A stretch of DNA of 64,000 nt, taken from Eledone cirrhosa (taxonomy: Eukaryota). Position 1 is the first letter of the stretch. The number at the start of each line of letters is the position of its first letter. The stretch spans positions 69,780 through 133,779 of the forward strand of contig CAXHJY010000739.1 of assembly GCA_964016885.1 (NCBI GenBank), in the 5' to 3' direction. A program made the position numbers and the translations under genes. Of this stretch, positions 1 to 12,959 are shown piece after piece. The notes under the pieces were generated by a model. That model was given only the letters and a program-made list of their open reading frames with translations, was not told where the DNA came from and made no database searches.

Positions 1-1997
1 CCCTCAACGTCTCCAGTTTGTGCAGTAATGGCTCAAGAGTCAATACGTACAAGAGGGACGAGAGAGGACATCCTTGGTGGACCGAGCGCATGATGTTGAA
101 CGGTTCCGAAAGGTGACCGTTCACTCTCACCACAGAGCAGATGTCGCTGTGCATGGCAGCTATCCAGCCTCTGAAGATGGGCCCAAAGCCAGCCGCCCTC
201 AGGACTGTCGCCAGATAACGGTGGTCGACCCTATCAAAAGCTTTCGACTGATCTAAATTGATCAAGGACCTACCCGTGCCAGGTTCCCTAGCTACCCTCT
301 CCACGATGTATTGCATGAGGTGGAGGTTGTCATGGATGGATCTGTCTGGAATGGCTCATGTCTGCACGTCTCCCATCAGACCACCAACAACAAGCACCAA
401 CCTTTTTGCTAGCACCTTGGCCAAAATCTTGAACTCTGTGTTTAGCAGAGTTATGGGCCTGAAATTATCTATGTTAACCCCCTTGTTCGGATCCTTTCTC
501 AGCAGAGCCACTGCTCCTCAGCTCACAGACCTGGAAATTCTCCTGTTCTGTTGCCAGTTGCAGTAGACGTCCGCCAAGAGGCCTCCGAACAAGTCTGGCA
601 TCTGTACGTAAAGTTCATAGGGCACACCATCCAAACCAGGTGATTTACCCCTTGTGCAGCCAGTCATTGCCTCCCTTACTTCAGCGGCTGTTATCGGCTT
701 TTCGCAACACTCCGCCTCAGTGGCCGAGAGCCGCGGCAGTCTGTTGAGGTAGGCACTAAAGTCCATCCCTCGATCTGGCCCGCCGCTGCTCCCCGAACAG
801 CTGAGCGAAGTGTCGCTGAAAAGCTTCACACATTTGCCCGGGATCGAGTAGCATGCGCCCGTCGTGGTCCACCAAAGACCGGATCGTGGCTTTGTTGCCA
901 CGACGCGCCTCCGCCACTTGGGCCCATTGAATGGCTTTCGTCCCCTCGTGTCTGAGAGCACGCACCCTAGCTCTGACAATGCAGCCTTCGTGCTTTGCAT
1001 TGAAGAATTGGTCAAGGGCCAATTTTGCTGCAAGTACGTTGGTCACGGTGCCTTTACTAACCGCCTCGTCTAATTTTCTAACTAGTTCTCCCTCTGCTCT
1101 ATTTTTCTCTATTGCTAAAGCCTTATTAAACCTAATGGACTCTATTCTAATCGCTCTTTTCAGAGCAAACCACCATTTGTTGTTGACGATGGACCCCGTC
1201 AACACCCGCTTAACTAATTCGCTAATCCGGTCTCTGTAGGCCTTGCACGCTGTTAATGACGTGTTTAGTCCCTGTCTATGAAGCCTATCTAATTCAACCT
1301 CACAGATCACGAATTTGTGGTCCGTGTAGTCGACTATTTTGAAATGTGGGCAGCCTATGCTAGACCTATCTATTTCCCTATAAAATACTCTATCTAGATA
1401 TGATTGGGATGACCCGATGCGGTTTATCCATGTCCCCATTGGCACATTCGGGAAATCCAGACGGTACCTGTCAGACAGTTGAAACCGTCTGAGCAGGTTT
1501 GCGAGGCTTTTACACCCTTCTCCCCTATCCGCTAATCCCACACAGTCCCAGCGTGCATCTAAGATCCTGTTCCAGTCGCCCACTAACACTAAAGAGTGGG
1601 ACGTTCCAAGAAAGGTCTCCAGACACCGGAAGAAATCAGGCCACCCTGCTCCTATCGGGGCATAGACGGCCACTAGCCTGAAAGCTTGCCTGTCTCCGCT
1701 AGTCACGTTCAGCACCACCAACTTACCTTCTGGGTCCAGGAAGATGGCCCGTATGGCGAGATCCAAACCTCTCCGAAAAAGTACAGCAACTCCTCCCCCC
1801 GATCCAGGACGGCTGGGAGATGTGTACACATCGTAGCCGCAGAAGATCAGCGCGAAGGTTCATGCTTCAGAGATTCTGGTCTCGCTGATGGCCACCACAT
1901 TTATGTTTAGTGACCTGAGGTCGTTGAGCAAGTGGCCCTGCTTCCGTGACAACCTCAGGCCACGCGCATTTATGCTACCTACTCTGAGTGAGGTCAT
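1..1997 (-). pseudogene. ORF2 (APE endonuclease + reverse transcriptase) of the L1/Tx1 element, with stops and frameshifts
   Basis: ATG at 1997 gives MTSLRVGSINARGL. Downstream motifs: SET, GGGVAVLF, VAVYAP, GDWN, SYLDRV, TDHK, KSPGLDG, DQSKAFDRVDH, QGCPLSSLLYVL. Confidence 0.92.
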
Positions 1998-2019
1998 GTT
2001 GAAAAGGAGTGGAAAAAGA

Positions 2020-4185
2020 TGGTAAAGACCATTTACCTCACTTCTCGTAGAGGAAGGATGGTTATTCCATCCTTCTCACTGCTTGTGGCCTCCTCCGGAA
2101 GGATGTCCTTATAAATCCTCCTGGAGAGTGTTTGTTGGAAGTCTCCGATGTCCTTGGGGAATTTTTGTTTTAGTGTCGTGAACGTTTTCTGTGAGATGCG
2201 AGTGATTTGTATGTGTGGAGGTGGTGTGAATTTTTGGGGTGTTGTGTAGTCTTTTTCTGTGATGCTGGTGTTGTGTTGGATGTAGTGTAATAATTGGTTG
2301 TTGTTCAAATTTAATTGTTTCTACTTTAGGTACAAGGCCAGCAATTACCCAGTGCATTATTGGTACTTTATTTTATCGACCCCGTAAGGATGAAAGGCAA
2401 AGTCAACCTCGGCGGGATTTGAACTCAGATCGTAAAGGGACGTAACTATGCTGGAAAGCATGGCGTCCGACCCTCTACCGATACTGCCAATCCACCGCGG
2501 TTGTTGTTCAAATTTAATGCTGTGTATTGTGTATCGTTTTGGTTGTTTTGTTTTGTTTGCGTTTGTTGTGGGTTTTATTTCTGTTTCGCATTTTGGTGAT
2601 TTTTGTGGTGTTGGTGATGGTGGTGTTGGCGTTAATGATGGTGATGGTGTTGGTGTTTGTGGTGATGGGGCTGGTGATGCTGGTGTGGGTGGTGGGATAG
2701 CTGTCTTAACTTTTTTGTTTGTTTGCTTATTTGTTCCCCCCAGCAATTTGTTTTTCGAGGGCGAAGGAAGAGGATTTTTTTCTTTTTTGGGTTCTTTTTT
2801 CCTGATACAGTTTCCCACTCCTCATCATCACAATCTGGCTCCAGTTGTGATAGGTCGGGGAGTGGAAAATCCTCCACAGGCGATGGTTTTGGTTGTGGCC
2901 TGGTGGATGGTGGAGGCGCTGGTGCTAATTCTGGCGCGATGGGTGGTGATGGTGTTGGTTTTGCTACTGTTGCTGCTACAGTTGCTTCTGTTGTTGCTGC
3001 TACAGTTGTTGCTGCCATTTCTGCTGCTGGTGGTTTTGATGGTTGAGTCACTGGGGTGGGTAGGAGAAGTGGCCTCAACTTTTTAGTCTGAGGGCAGAAA
3101 GCCTTTAGGTGGGTTCCTTCAGCATAAACGACACACCTAGGCCTTCTACCCTCAATGATTACGGTGAAGTGGCTGCCGTCATTGAGGTCTATCACCTCTG
3201 GAATTTCCTCAATGTTTTTTTGGTCCACTTGGATCAGGAGCTCCATCCCAGATCCGGACCAGTTCTCCTGCTTTTCTTTTGTTACCTTAATTATTTTCGT
3301 GTTGACCTCGATGCCGGCGAGGACGGCAGCCATTAGCCAGGGAATTTCGATGGCTGGCGGAACGTGGGTCACCCTGATCTTCACGAATCTCTGACCACAA
3401 TAGCTTGGGACGAGTCATCATTTCTTAATGGGGCCATGGAGTGCTCTCTGGCTTCCTTCCTGTGGTGTTCCAAAGAACATGTCCACGGTTCCATACTTCT
3501 GCCCACGTCTGATGTGGGTTTTTTTCGCCCACACATGTCCCAAAGCTTTTTGTATTTGGGACTCGGATGCCCGTTCCACTCGGCGTGATTTTGTGTTTAT
3601 CGTCCGATATGACACGGTGCAAAGGCGCCGATGCTCTATTTTATTAGATGGGGCGGGGTGTGAGGCTGACCCTGTACCCATCTTTTTTTACCATTCGCTT
3701 GGCTTCATTTAATTCATCCTGGTTTACCTCGATTGTTTCGCTTTTCTTGGCTGCTTTGGCAAACGACACATTTTGTTTTGCGCTGGTGTTGATGTTGTTG
3801 TCGTTATTCTCATTGTTGTTGTTGCTGTTGTTGTTATTATTATTTTTGTTATTGTTATTTTTAGTTTCAGTTGTGGTGGAGGTGGTCGTGGTGTCAGTGG
3901 TGTTCGGTGTGGAAGAGTCGATTCTGGGTGAATCCATTTCGATGTCACGAGATAATTTATTTTTTTTGTTTCTGTTGTCGCTGTGGTGGTGGTGGGGGTG
4001 GCGGCTTTAACACCTGCAGTTATTGGTAATGGCAGGAAATGAATGTCTGCATGTGATAAATTTAAATTATTGCCACTGCTTATATTTTTAGTGTTGGCAA
4101 GCGTAGTAATGTCTTGAATGGTGGTGGTGGGAGGTGCTGGTTTGTTAGGAAGGCTGTCAGCTTTGTGTGGCTGAGAGCCGTCCAT
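2020..4185 (-). pseudogene. ORF1 (gag-like) of the L1/Tx1 element, frameshifted and interrupted by a SINE
   Basis: ORF pieces 3724-4197, 3644-3937, 3418-3681 and 2632-3384. They contain Asn/Thr-rich and Pro-rich low-complexity tracts, KIRVTHVPPAI, and a degenerate zinc knuckle (IEGRRPRCVVYAEGTHLKAFCP). Confidence 0.75.
2316..2498 (-). mobile_element. Full-length tRNA-derived SINE with a 20-bp target-site duplication
   Basis: Minus strand reads A-box-like TGGCAGTATCGG, B-box-like GAGTTCAAATCC, body GACTTTGCCTTTCATCCTTACGGGGTCGATAAAATAAAGTACC. Flanked by GGTTGTTGTTCAAATTTAAT at 2296-2315 and 2499-2518. Confidence 0.9.
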
Positions 4186-4415
4186 GTTTTTTTTCAAAGA
4201 AAGTTTTTGTTTGATAATTATAAAAGTTAAAATTTGGGGCTCAAGGCCCCAAATTTTTTAGTGTCCTTTTCAGAAAGCAATATATGTGAACTTATAAACA
4301 CTTAACAACAAAAATTTTCCATAACTGGCAATTTGAAACAACTGAAAACAACAAACCTTTTCGGAGCTCACGATAATACGATTTCCTACGTAGGTCGCCA
4401 ATAATAATAATAATA

Positions 4416-4820
4416 AACAAAGAAAAAAGATCGTGTCTGATTGTGGATGTGGCCTGCCCATTCGGCACGAGAGTGCAAGAGAAGGAGAGGGAGAAAATTA
4501 ACCAATACCAGGACTTAAAGTGGGAGGTAAAAAGGATTTGGAACTGCCATGAAGTCAAAGTGATCCCGATTGTCATAGGCGCACTGGGGACTATCTCCAA
4601 AAGTTTCCAGGGATGGTTAAAGAAAATCGGCCTCTTCACGCTTTTTGGAACGCTTCAAAAGGCATGCTTGCTGGGAACAGCAAGAACCCTTCGATACGTC
4701 CTGAATATCTGAGGCTGCAGGTAGTGGCTTGATATTCATTCCAACGGACTTTCCAGTTAACTAACATCAATGACTGAGATTCAAGGAATAATAATGATAA
4801 TAATAATAATAATAATAATT
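4416..4820 (+). mobile_element. 5'-truncated R4/Dong-like (restriction-like endonuclease) non-LTR retrotransposon 3' end
   Basis: ORF 4443-4712: DVACP..EKEREKINQYQDL..VKVIPIVIGALG..LQKACLLGTARTLR. Short 3'UTR ending in (AAT)n, with another (AAT)n run upstream. Confidence 0.85.
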
Positions 4821-4898
4821 GTTTCTACTTTTGGCACAAGGCCATCAATTACCCAGTGCATTACTGGTACTTTATTTTATCGACCCCGTAAGGATGAA
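4820..4898 (-). mobile_element. 5'-truncated copy of the same SINE as 2316-2498
   Basis: Near-identical to 2316-2395 and embedded between (AAT)n runs. Confidence 0.85.
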
Positions 4899-6902
4899 AA
4901 ATAATAATAATAATAATAATTTGGTACTCTTTAAATATTGTGGGGCTCCTGACTGAAGCCTTATCAGCACCCCAAGTTTATCGAATATGTCTAGGTGTAC
5001 ATTGTCCAATATGTTCTTCCTATTTTAAAATGGTAGGGTATTATTTGGTGGCTACCTGAAAGCGACAAACACATTCACCATAATCCATGCCTGCATGTGG
5101 ATCCACCCTGCATAGTTTTGTCTCTCTAACATCCTTACTTTTCCATGGGAAAAAAATATAGTCAGATACTTTTTTTGACAAACCTCATATAGAAAAAGTG
5201 TACTTGAGTTTCAGCTGCAACCAATTGTGTGCAGTGGTCTAGATTCCTCAGATCATGTGAGGTATGTTTACTAAAATTATGCTGAATACATTTCCATAGG
5301 TGTGCCATATGGAAGTCAAATTGAAATTCTTTGAAAAGTTTGTCATGGTAATCTGGAATATTTTTTTCTGTCGCTCTCCTGGAGGGAAACTTTTTATTCA
5401 AATTCTTACTTTAAATCATATTTAAAACTATTTTTCAGATGTTGGAGTGGATGGTAAACATTTTAGTTTATTTCTAAGGATATACATTGCTAATGTGATT
5501 TAATTAATTTTGAGAATAAACAAGAATATTTAAAGATTTGTTCTAATAACTAGCGTGTTCATTAAGCTGGTGTTTGGAACATAAAAACATTCTTATATAA
5601 AATATTGGTGGAAGGTTTTAATTTACATAAGAATACATTAACACTGGCTGGCAGATTTATATATTATATAAATATAGAACAAAAGATAGTCTTAGGAAGG
5701 TTGGTGACAAAAAGATTTTTTAAATACCTCAACTTTCTCAGCTGTTGGGTGTATATATTTTAAGATCCTGCTAAATTTACATTTCAAAAAGCATTAAATA
5801 TATTTTAAATTTAAATATAGATTATATAAATTTCCTCTGTGATAATTAAAGATTTGACAGCACTGTAAACATTTGTTTTATATCTACAACACCTATCTAC
5901 AACAACCAAATAAGTATATTTAACCCTTCCATGACCATATCTCTTATCAAATACACTAAGTATTTCAATTAATTTTGAAAATAGTCAAGAATATGATCAC
6001 ATTTAGTAAAATAAATAGCTTTTAAGTTAATTTCTACACTTAAAATGTCTAAAAAAAAATACTCAGGGACAGCTGTTGCATGAAAAATGTGCAGTGCTAC
6101 TTGATGTAATGAGCCAAGAAATTTTAATTAAAGTTATGCCTGTGTTGAGTGAAAAAAACAACAACATTAATTAATGGTTAATTCTGGTTATGAAAGTGAT
6201 AATAGTAAATTGGTCGCTAATGTAGTGAACCAATAAATTTTAATTAATTCAAATTAAAATTATAATCTCACCAAATATAGTAGTATTTTGTGAGCTTATA
6301 GTTCAATCAGTTTAGTATTTCTCAAAGTAGAGATGAAACTCATGTTTGATTGTCTCTGTGAAGAAAAACACAAAAAAAGATACATTTATATGTCAGTATA
6401 TTTATTTACAAATTGACACTGTTTCAATTTAATCATGTACTATTTCCATAAAGATGTGTGTTTATCATTTATTACAGCTATTTAGAGCACAGTGTAACTC
6501 TTTGATACCAAATCACCTGAAACTGCTCTGGTTTTATCATACTTAACTTCCCGTTTTTAAATATTCATCTTTAAATTATAACCTTCCATCAACATTTTTT
6601 TAATAAATTTTTGTTAAGTAATATTCCTAACATCAAAGTTAAAAGGTGACATTTATAATTTTTCCCCACCCCTCATATATATATACTCATGTATAAATCA
6701 CACCTTCTTTCTCAAAAATACATATAAAACCAAAACATGACTTATCTACTGGATCTACAAGACCTCAATTCAAAATATATGGTACATTGTATGTAAAATG
6801 AGGGTGAAACTTATCATTTGGTGCAACTTAATACCAGTATGTATAATATTTTATAATTAATTTCTTTGGATTTTTAAAATTCTTATTATTAATTATGTTT
6901 AG

Positions 6903-7105
6903 GGAGCGTATGCTGGTAGAATCTTTAGAGTGGCAGGCAAAATCCTTTTCAGCCCTTTATGTTTTGCGTTCAAATTTCACCTGGGTCAACTTTGCCTTTT
7001 ATTTTTCTGGGTTTGATAAAATAAAGTACCAATAAAGTACTGGGATCAATATAATTGACCTTCCCTGCCCCCAAATTTCTGGCCATGCGCCAAAAGTAAA
7101 AATCC
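6903..7105 (+). mobile_element. Diverged tRNA-derived SINE (same family as 2316-2498)
   Basis: GTTCAAATT...GTCAACTTTGCCTTT...GATAAAATAAAGTACCA body. Confidence 0.75.
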
Positions 7106-8506
7106 TTATTACTTGTTTCAAATTTATGTATGCAGTTAAATTGATATTTCACAAGATTTCAAAATAAAACTGACTGAAGTTGTGTCAATGAGAATAACTA
7201 AATTTTATTTTATCAAATCAGTTTTAAAGAATTTTATTCAATTTGCAAAGAAATACTGAGAGAGTAATTTATTGTTTCCAGACAAATCTTTCATTTGTAA
7301 ATTATCTCTCAAATGTTTCATTATTTCAATAGGGGGCATTTTCTTAGAATAGAAGAAAGTTGAGTAAAATGATATCATAGCAGTGAAAGACATTCCTCAT
7401 TTTGCTTAAACTTCTTTATTTTTTTTCTTTCTTTCCTTTTTTTATAGGGTAAATTACTGTCCATTGTTACTGAATCTGTAGTTTTCCCACTGCTGGCTGT
7501 GAAAGTGGAATCTGCTTAAATTTCATTACACACACAAAATTTAGGTCATCAATAGTAGCACACAGTTTGAATGAATTCAAGTTTATCAACATGAATGGTC
7601 TACCAGGAGTGGAATTTGACCTTTAAAAAGATGGGGGCAATTGATATTTTAGTGCACAAAATTGCAGACATATAAAATTGAAGTGAACAAGTTAAAAATA
7701 GCAACTTTTTTTACTAAGATGCTGTAAAAATATTTAAGGACTGTCCAACACAATCTATAATTTTTCTGTAGTGTTATTTCAATAAATATATTTTATTCTT
7801 CACATATTGTAATTTTTAAAAAATTAAATCTATTGAAGATAAAGTAAATATTTCTTTCTCTGGTTGGGGTTGGCTAGCTGGTTGGTTGGTTCTCAGTATT
7901 TTAGAGAAGAAAGAACAACACCAATGTCAAAATAATGTTTGTTGCTATATAAAGATATCATGGAACACTGTGGTGTATAGGACTAATTTATTTGGTGCAA
8001 TAGTTGTGAGGTTAAAGTGTTGGATTACTGACTACATGGTCATAAATCTTAGAACAGTAATTGTGTTGTAGCATCCACCAAAGTACTTAACTCTGCTTAC
8101 TCTAGCATCACCGACTAAACAAAAAACACACACGCTTTATCCTACTTTACAAATGAGTGGTTATGATAAGCAGGATAGATCAGGGTTGAGAGGGTAGATG
8201 GACTAGTTAACATGGGCCTACTTGCCTCAAGTTGTAGTTCTTTTAATCTGTTGTTACTTGTATATACTTGTAACTTGTTACTATGTATATACTTGTAACT
8301 TGGTACATAATTCATATGTATTTAGCACTGATTACTAAACGAGGTAGTTTGAAATGTGGTTTATATTTCACAAGTAGTCAAAGCTTATTACTAGCTTTGC
8401 AAGGCCATAGTGATAAGAAAAGAAAGGTCAGCACCATGCCATCCATGTAATCCAGAAAATCAGATGTAAAAACAAATTAAACAAGAGAATCCAAATGATG
8501 ATATAT

Positions 8507-8705
8507 ATCTCTGACAAAGGATTCTCCCTGAAATATTAGATTTTCCACTATCTCATGGTAAATCAATTTATTCCACTATTGAACTGTAAACAACAAAAGA
8601 ATCATCCTACCTGTGCAAACTGTATAAAATTAATGTAAAACTGGATTTAAAAAGTTTCCTTAACTCTTGTTTTGTCGAACGGATTTTATCCTGAAATATT
8701 AAAGA
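8507..8705 (+). other. Two degenerate minimal hammerhead-like motifs (probable old Penelope pLTR relic)
   Basis: ATCT-CTGACAA-AGG-attctc-CCT-GAAA-TATT-AGAT at 8507-8541, and a more decayed relative (..GGATTTTATCCTGAAATATTA) at ~8672-8705. Confidence 0.4.
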
Positions 8706-9569
8706 ATAATTAAACACCTCCAAGGTAACATTCCATCAACTTTATTATCATTATTCTTAATATTCAAAGTAGAAACAATTATTCTTAATATTTAATGTTC
8801 TATTTTCATTGCTGTAGCTCTCTGTAAGACACACCATTTTCTACACTTACCACAATGCTTCAAGCAAACTACATCCTAATATACAAATAAAAATAGTTTT
8901 CAGCTTTGAAATATGTTGTTTTTTTTCTTTAAAGATATTGAAAATTTGAAAACATTTATTCAAATTTATATGTGGCTCCAGGTTTGATTGCACTGTACAG
9001 CAATTATGTGTGTTCTACTATATTCTCTGGTTGTTCAATATGAAATTTAGTAGGTGGAAACTGCATAGAGCCATTGAAAAGCATGCATTGTGGTATTTGA
9101 TCTTCGTTCAAATGCCCTTTGATTTTCATTCTTTCAGTCCAGAGAAGTGAATTAACAGAATTGTTAGAGTGTTGAACAAAATACTTTACAATTTTTGTCT
9201 CTTAACCTTTTCATTACTGTATCTCTAAGAACAAAACATTGCATATATGTTTCAATCAATTTTGAAAATAAACAAATTTTGAGGAATTTAATAAAATGAT
9301 CAAGTTTTTCAATTAGTATGTTTATATTTAGATCATTTGTTAACAACAATTTCTAAAATAAAATTATGATGGAAAATTTTACTATACGTATATATGTGTG
9401 TGTGTATATGTTTATATAGATGTGTATATATTTATATATGTATATATCATGTGTGTGTGTGTATATATATATACAGTATTTCCCGGCATCGAAGATGCTA
9501 TTTTTTTCATAAAATAAGTCTCGAAAATCTAACATGCATCCTGGAGGACAAAGGTTGTGTTTCTCAGAG

Positions 9570-10170
9570 TCATATTCTAACCCCAGAGGTTCTGCCCACC
9601 TTTCTCATTCAATGTTAGAACTAATGTAGGTAGGAAATGTTTAGCACTCCTAGATAAACACTTCCCCACAGAACATAAATATAGACCTATCTTCAATAGA
9701 CACAGGTTGAAACTCGGTTATTCCTGTGCTAAAAATATGAAAGTCCACATCACCACCAACCCCAACTGGATGCTCTTGCAGAAGGCCGGAAACATGCCCA
9801 CTTCAACAACAATGTAACATACCCGCAATAGTCTATGAGACTGAAGTGACATCTACTTGACCAAACCAACAACAGGAGGTCAAAACATATGTGGGTATAG
9901 CGGTGGGCCAGTTTAAAGAATGCTTCCTTAACCATCAGATGACCGTTAGATACCTGGATAAACGGTTGTCCACAAAGCTGGCAAGCCACATATGGTCACT
10001 CAAAGATGCAGATGTCAATTACTCCATTCAATGGAAAGTACTGACCAAATCTAGGCGATATGGAAGTTCTATTACATAATCTCTTGCAGAGATTATGTAA
10101 TAGAACTTGTCTCAATTCAAGATAGGGTTTTTTTAATCACTGAGAAATACTTTTTACATAACAAGTTCCC
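9570..10170 (+). mobile_element. Penelope-like element fragment (RT C-terminus/linker + GIY-YIG endonuclease), decayed
   Basis: Broken frames give LALLDKHFPTEHKYRPIFNRHRLKLGYSCAKNMK, TYVGIAVGQFKECFLNH and TKLASHIWSLKDADVNYSIQWKVL, typical of Penelope-like element C-termini. Confidence 0.8.
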
Positions 10171-10419
10171 AAAGACAATCAGTCATAAATTCTTGTGGCT
10201 TTGAGGTTAATAAACACGTGGACTGAAGACAGAACTATGATGGACACCTACTTGCACATTGAATTCTTCACTAAACTCATTGCCTACTCTTACTATGATG
10301 ACAACATCTCTATACATTGCTTGCACTGCTCTCACAAGCTACTCATTTATGCCTTGCTTTCTTAAGAACCACCAGATAACAGATTGTGGTACTCTGTCAA
10401 AGGCCTTTTCCAGATCTAC

Positions 10420-11320
10420 AAAAGCTAGCTGAAAGGAGCTGAAAGATTCACGATTCAACTATGAGGTGACAGCAGAGAGGAAAACCCATGATCGATGATC
10501 TGATGGTGTCAGATGCTGGAGTTTGTCACTGAAGTCCAGGAGATCATCAACAATTATCCCAGCAAGTCGATCGTGCCATTGCAAGAGAAAAGTGTGGATG
10601 AAAAGCTCATCAGGCTGGTGGTACATGAGGACATTTGCTATTTTTCATACAAAATGAGGAAGGGACAATTTCTGCCCAAGGCATTGCAGGAAAAGCAATT
10701 CAAACGCATCAAGAAGCTGATCAACAAGTTGAAACATCCACTGGAGTTAGACATGCTGTGGTTCTTCTCCGATGAGAAGAACTTCTGCCAAGACCAGAAG
10801 ATCAATTCCCAGAACAAGAGTTGGCTTGCTGTCTCACTGAAGGGCATGTACAGAGTCATGCAGACAAAGTTCCCAGCAACAATCATGGTCTTTGATATCG
10901 TCAGCAGTGAAGGTGATGTCATCCTCCAACACTTTTTCCATGAAGGCCTCAGGTTGAATACTGATGGCTATATCCATGTTCTGAGTGAGGTGGTGAAGCC
11001 CCGGATCAACTGGGTAACTGCAGGGTGGTTGTACGTGAGGCAGCAAGACTTGGTGCTCTTCCATATTAGCCAGAAGACCCAGGCCTGGCAGTTGGAGAAC
11101 TTCTTCGACCACCTGAAATTTGGCCTCCTAACTTGCCTAATTGCAACTCCCTTGACTTCTTTGTGTGGGGCACAGTGGAATGAGAGACCAACAGATTCAG
11201 TGGCAACACTAAGGATGAGCTGAATGCTAGGATCACCAGGGCCTAAGTCAAGAGACAGTGAAGAAGGCCTGTGGCTAGTTCCGAGGCAGCCTCAAAACTA
11301 AAGGTGAGTTCACCATATGA
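10420..11320 (+). mobile_element. Tc1/mariner (maT/DD37D-like) transposase relic
   Basis: ORF 10513-11223: WFFSDEKNFCQDQKINSQN, TKFPATIMVF.IVSSEG, RQQDL..H..QKTQAW. It frameshifts before the last catalytic Asp. No TIRs recognised. Confidence 0.85.
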
Positions 11321-12959
11321 GATCCACAGAACATGTTATGAAGACAAACAGACTCAAGTTTGGCGAATATATCTAAAAAAATAAAAACACTGTGCTATTT
11401 TTTCCCAGACAGTAATCTTACAAATGAATACAACCTGAAACTGTAAAAAAAAACAAAAAAAACACAGGCATAGTGTTTGGACTATCTGAAATGGTCTGTA
11501 CACTAATGGCCTGGTTTTTAATATAATATAACCATATCTTTGATTGACCACGGATCCAATAGGTTTCTGAAACTGTTCAAGTAGTTTTTATTGAAAACTT
11601 ACCAAATATATTCAAGGTTATGATGTCAATATTATCATTCTATAGTAAGGCTAAATATATTTTAACCCTTTCTAATGAAATACAGTGCATTTGAATTAGT
11701 TAATGAAGAATTTGGTGGGATTTACTAAAATTACAAATTATTTCATTAAGGTGGTATTTGCAACATAAACAATTTTTGTATAAAACTATGTTGGAAGATT
11801 TTAATTCAAATAGGTACCCTTTACAATGAATTGTTTCCTAAAAACAGAAGCAGTTTTTGGCTGGTTGATGACAGAATTTGACAAAATTTGATGTGGTATT
11901 TTATTGTCTACTTCTATATTCAGAACTCAAATCTTGCTATGATCAACATACTTTTAAAAAAAAAAGTCAAAAGGGTTTTCATATGACCTTGAGAGAGAAG
12001 TTTGAAGCCCTAACCAACATTTTCTCTATTGACTGAGAAATGACATATTGAAGTGTGTGTCTGGTTTTTAACCTTGCTACTATATTTTAAAGTGTTTATC
12101 ATTATCACCATCATTTTAAGTTCACTTTTCCATGTTTGCATGGGTTGGACGGGTTCCAGCACAGCATCCCTCCATTCGTTGTGTTCTTTGCTCATCTCCT
12201 CTGTGAATATTAACGATTTGAGATAAGCTTTCACCAACACTGTCCAAGACTTCCTCAACTGCAGCTACTTTATATAAAACTCTTTCATCATAATTCTATG
12301 TAAGAACCTTTGTTATATTCAAAACACCAACTTAATAATAACAAAGTGAGTTATTTGACTAACCCCACCACCAAAATAAAAAAAAATAAAAAAATTGACT
12401 ATTTTCAAAATTATTTGAAAATCATAGGCTGTATCTTTTCATTAGAAATATGGTAATGAAAGAGTTAAAATTAAGAGTCAGGTGAGAAGACAGGCCGAAC
12501 TGGTATATCACACACCTGCTTACAGTACCTCTTCCTTATGACAATCTTAGAAATCAATATGAAATATGACTTTATACCAAAAATAACAATTATTCAATAA
12601 TTTTAAATGAGGTGGTGTCATTAGAACATCAGATAGTATGCTCTACAGCATTTGTTCTGGATCACTGCACCCTAGTTCAACCTTGCCTTTCATTTTTCAA
12701 GGTTGATAAAGATAGTACTATTCCAGTACTGGAGTGGATTCTTCCTTTATATCTCTTTCACACCTCTCCTCATGAAGATAGTAGTTGTATTCAAACCTGG
12801 AGAGGCATGGGCTCCGCTAGGTTTAAAATGTCCCTATGGTGCCCCTACAACTCCAAAAGGAGTTACAGGTTCAGATATATGTAGATTAATTTCAAATCCT
12901 AGATTCCCCTTTTTTAAAATCTAGGATTCAGCCCTCCTCAATTTGTGCAACCAGAAGAT

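Larger units (their letters stand above)
1..4399 (-). mobile_element. L1/Tx1-clade LINE, 5' end present, decayed, running off the left edge of the window
   Basis: Order on the minus strand is 5'UTR (starts next to an AAT run at ~4400), frameshifted ORF1, then ORF2 with APE and RT motifs. Confidence 0.9.

Noticed and set aside
2448-3086. Plus-strand Gly/Val/Leu-rich membrane-like ORFs
   Set aside because: Antisense of the Pro/Thr-rich L1 ORF1.
5450-6660. Scattered TTAACCCTT-type ends suggesting piggyBac-like MITEs (also ~11660 and ~12460)
   Set aside because: Too decayed to pair TIRs or define boundaries by eye.
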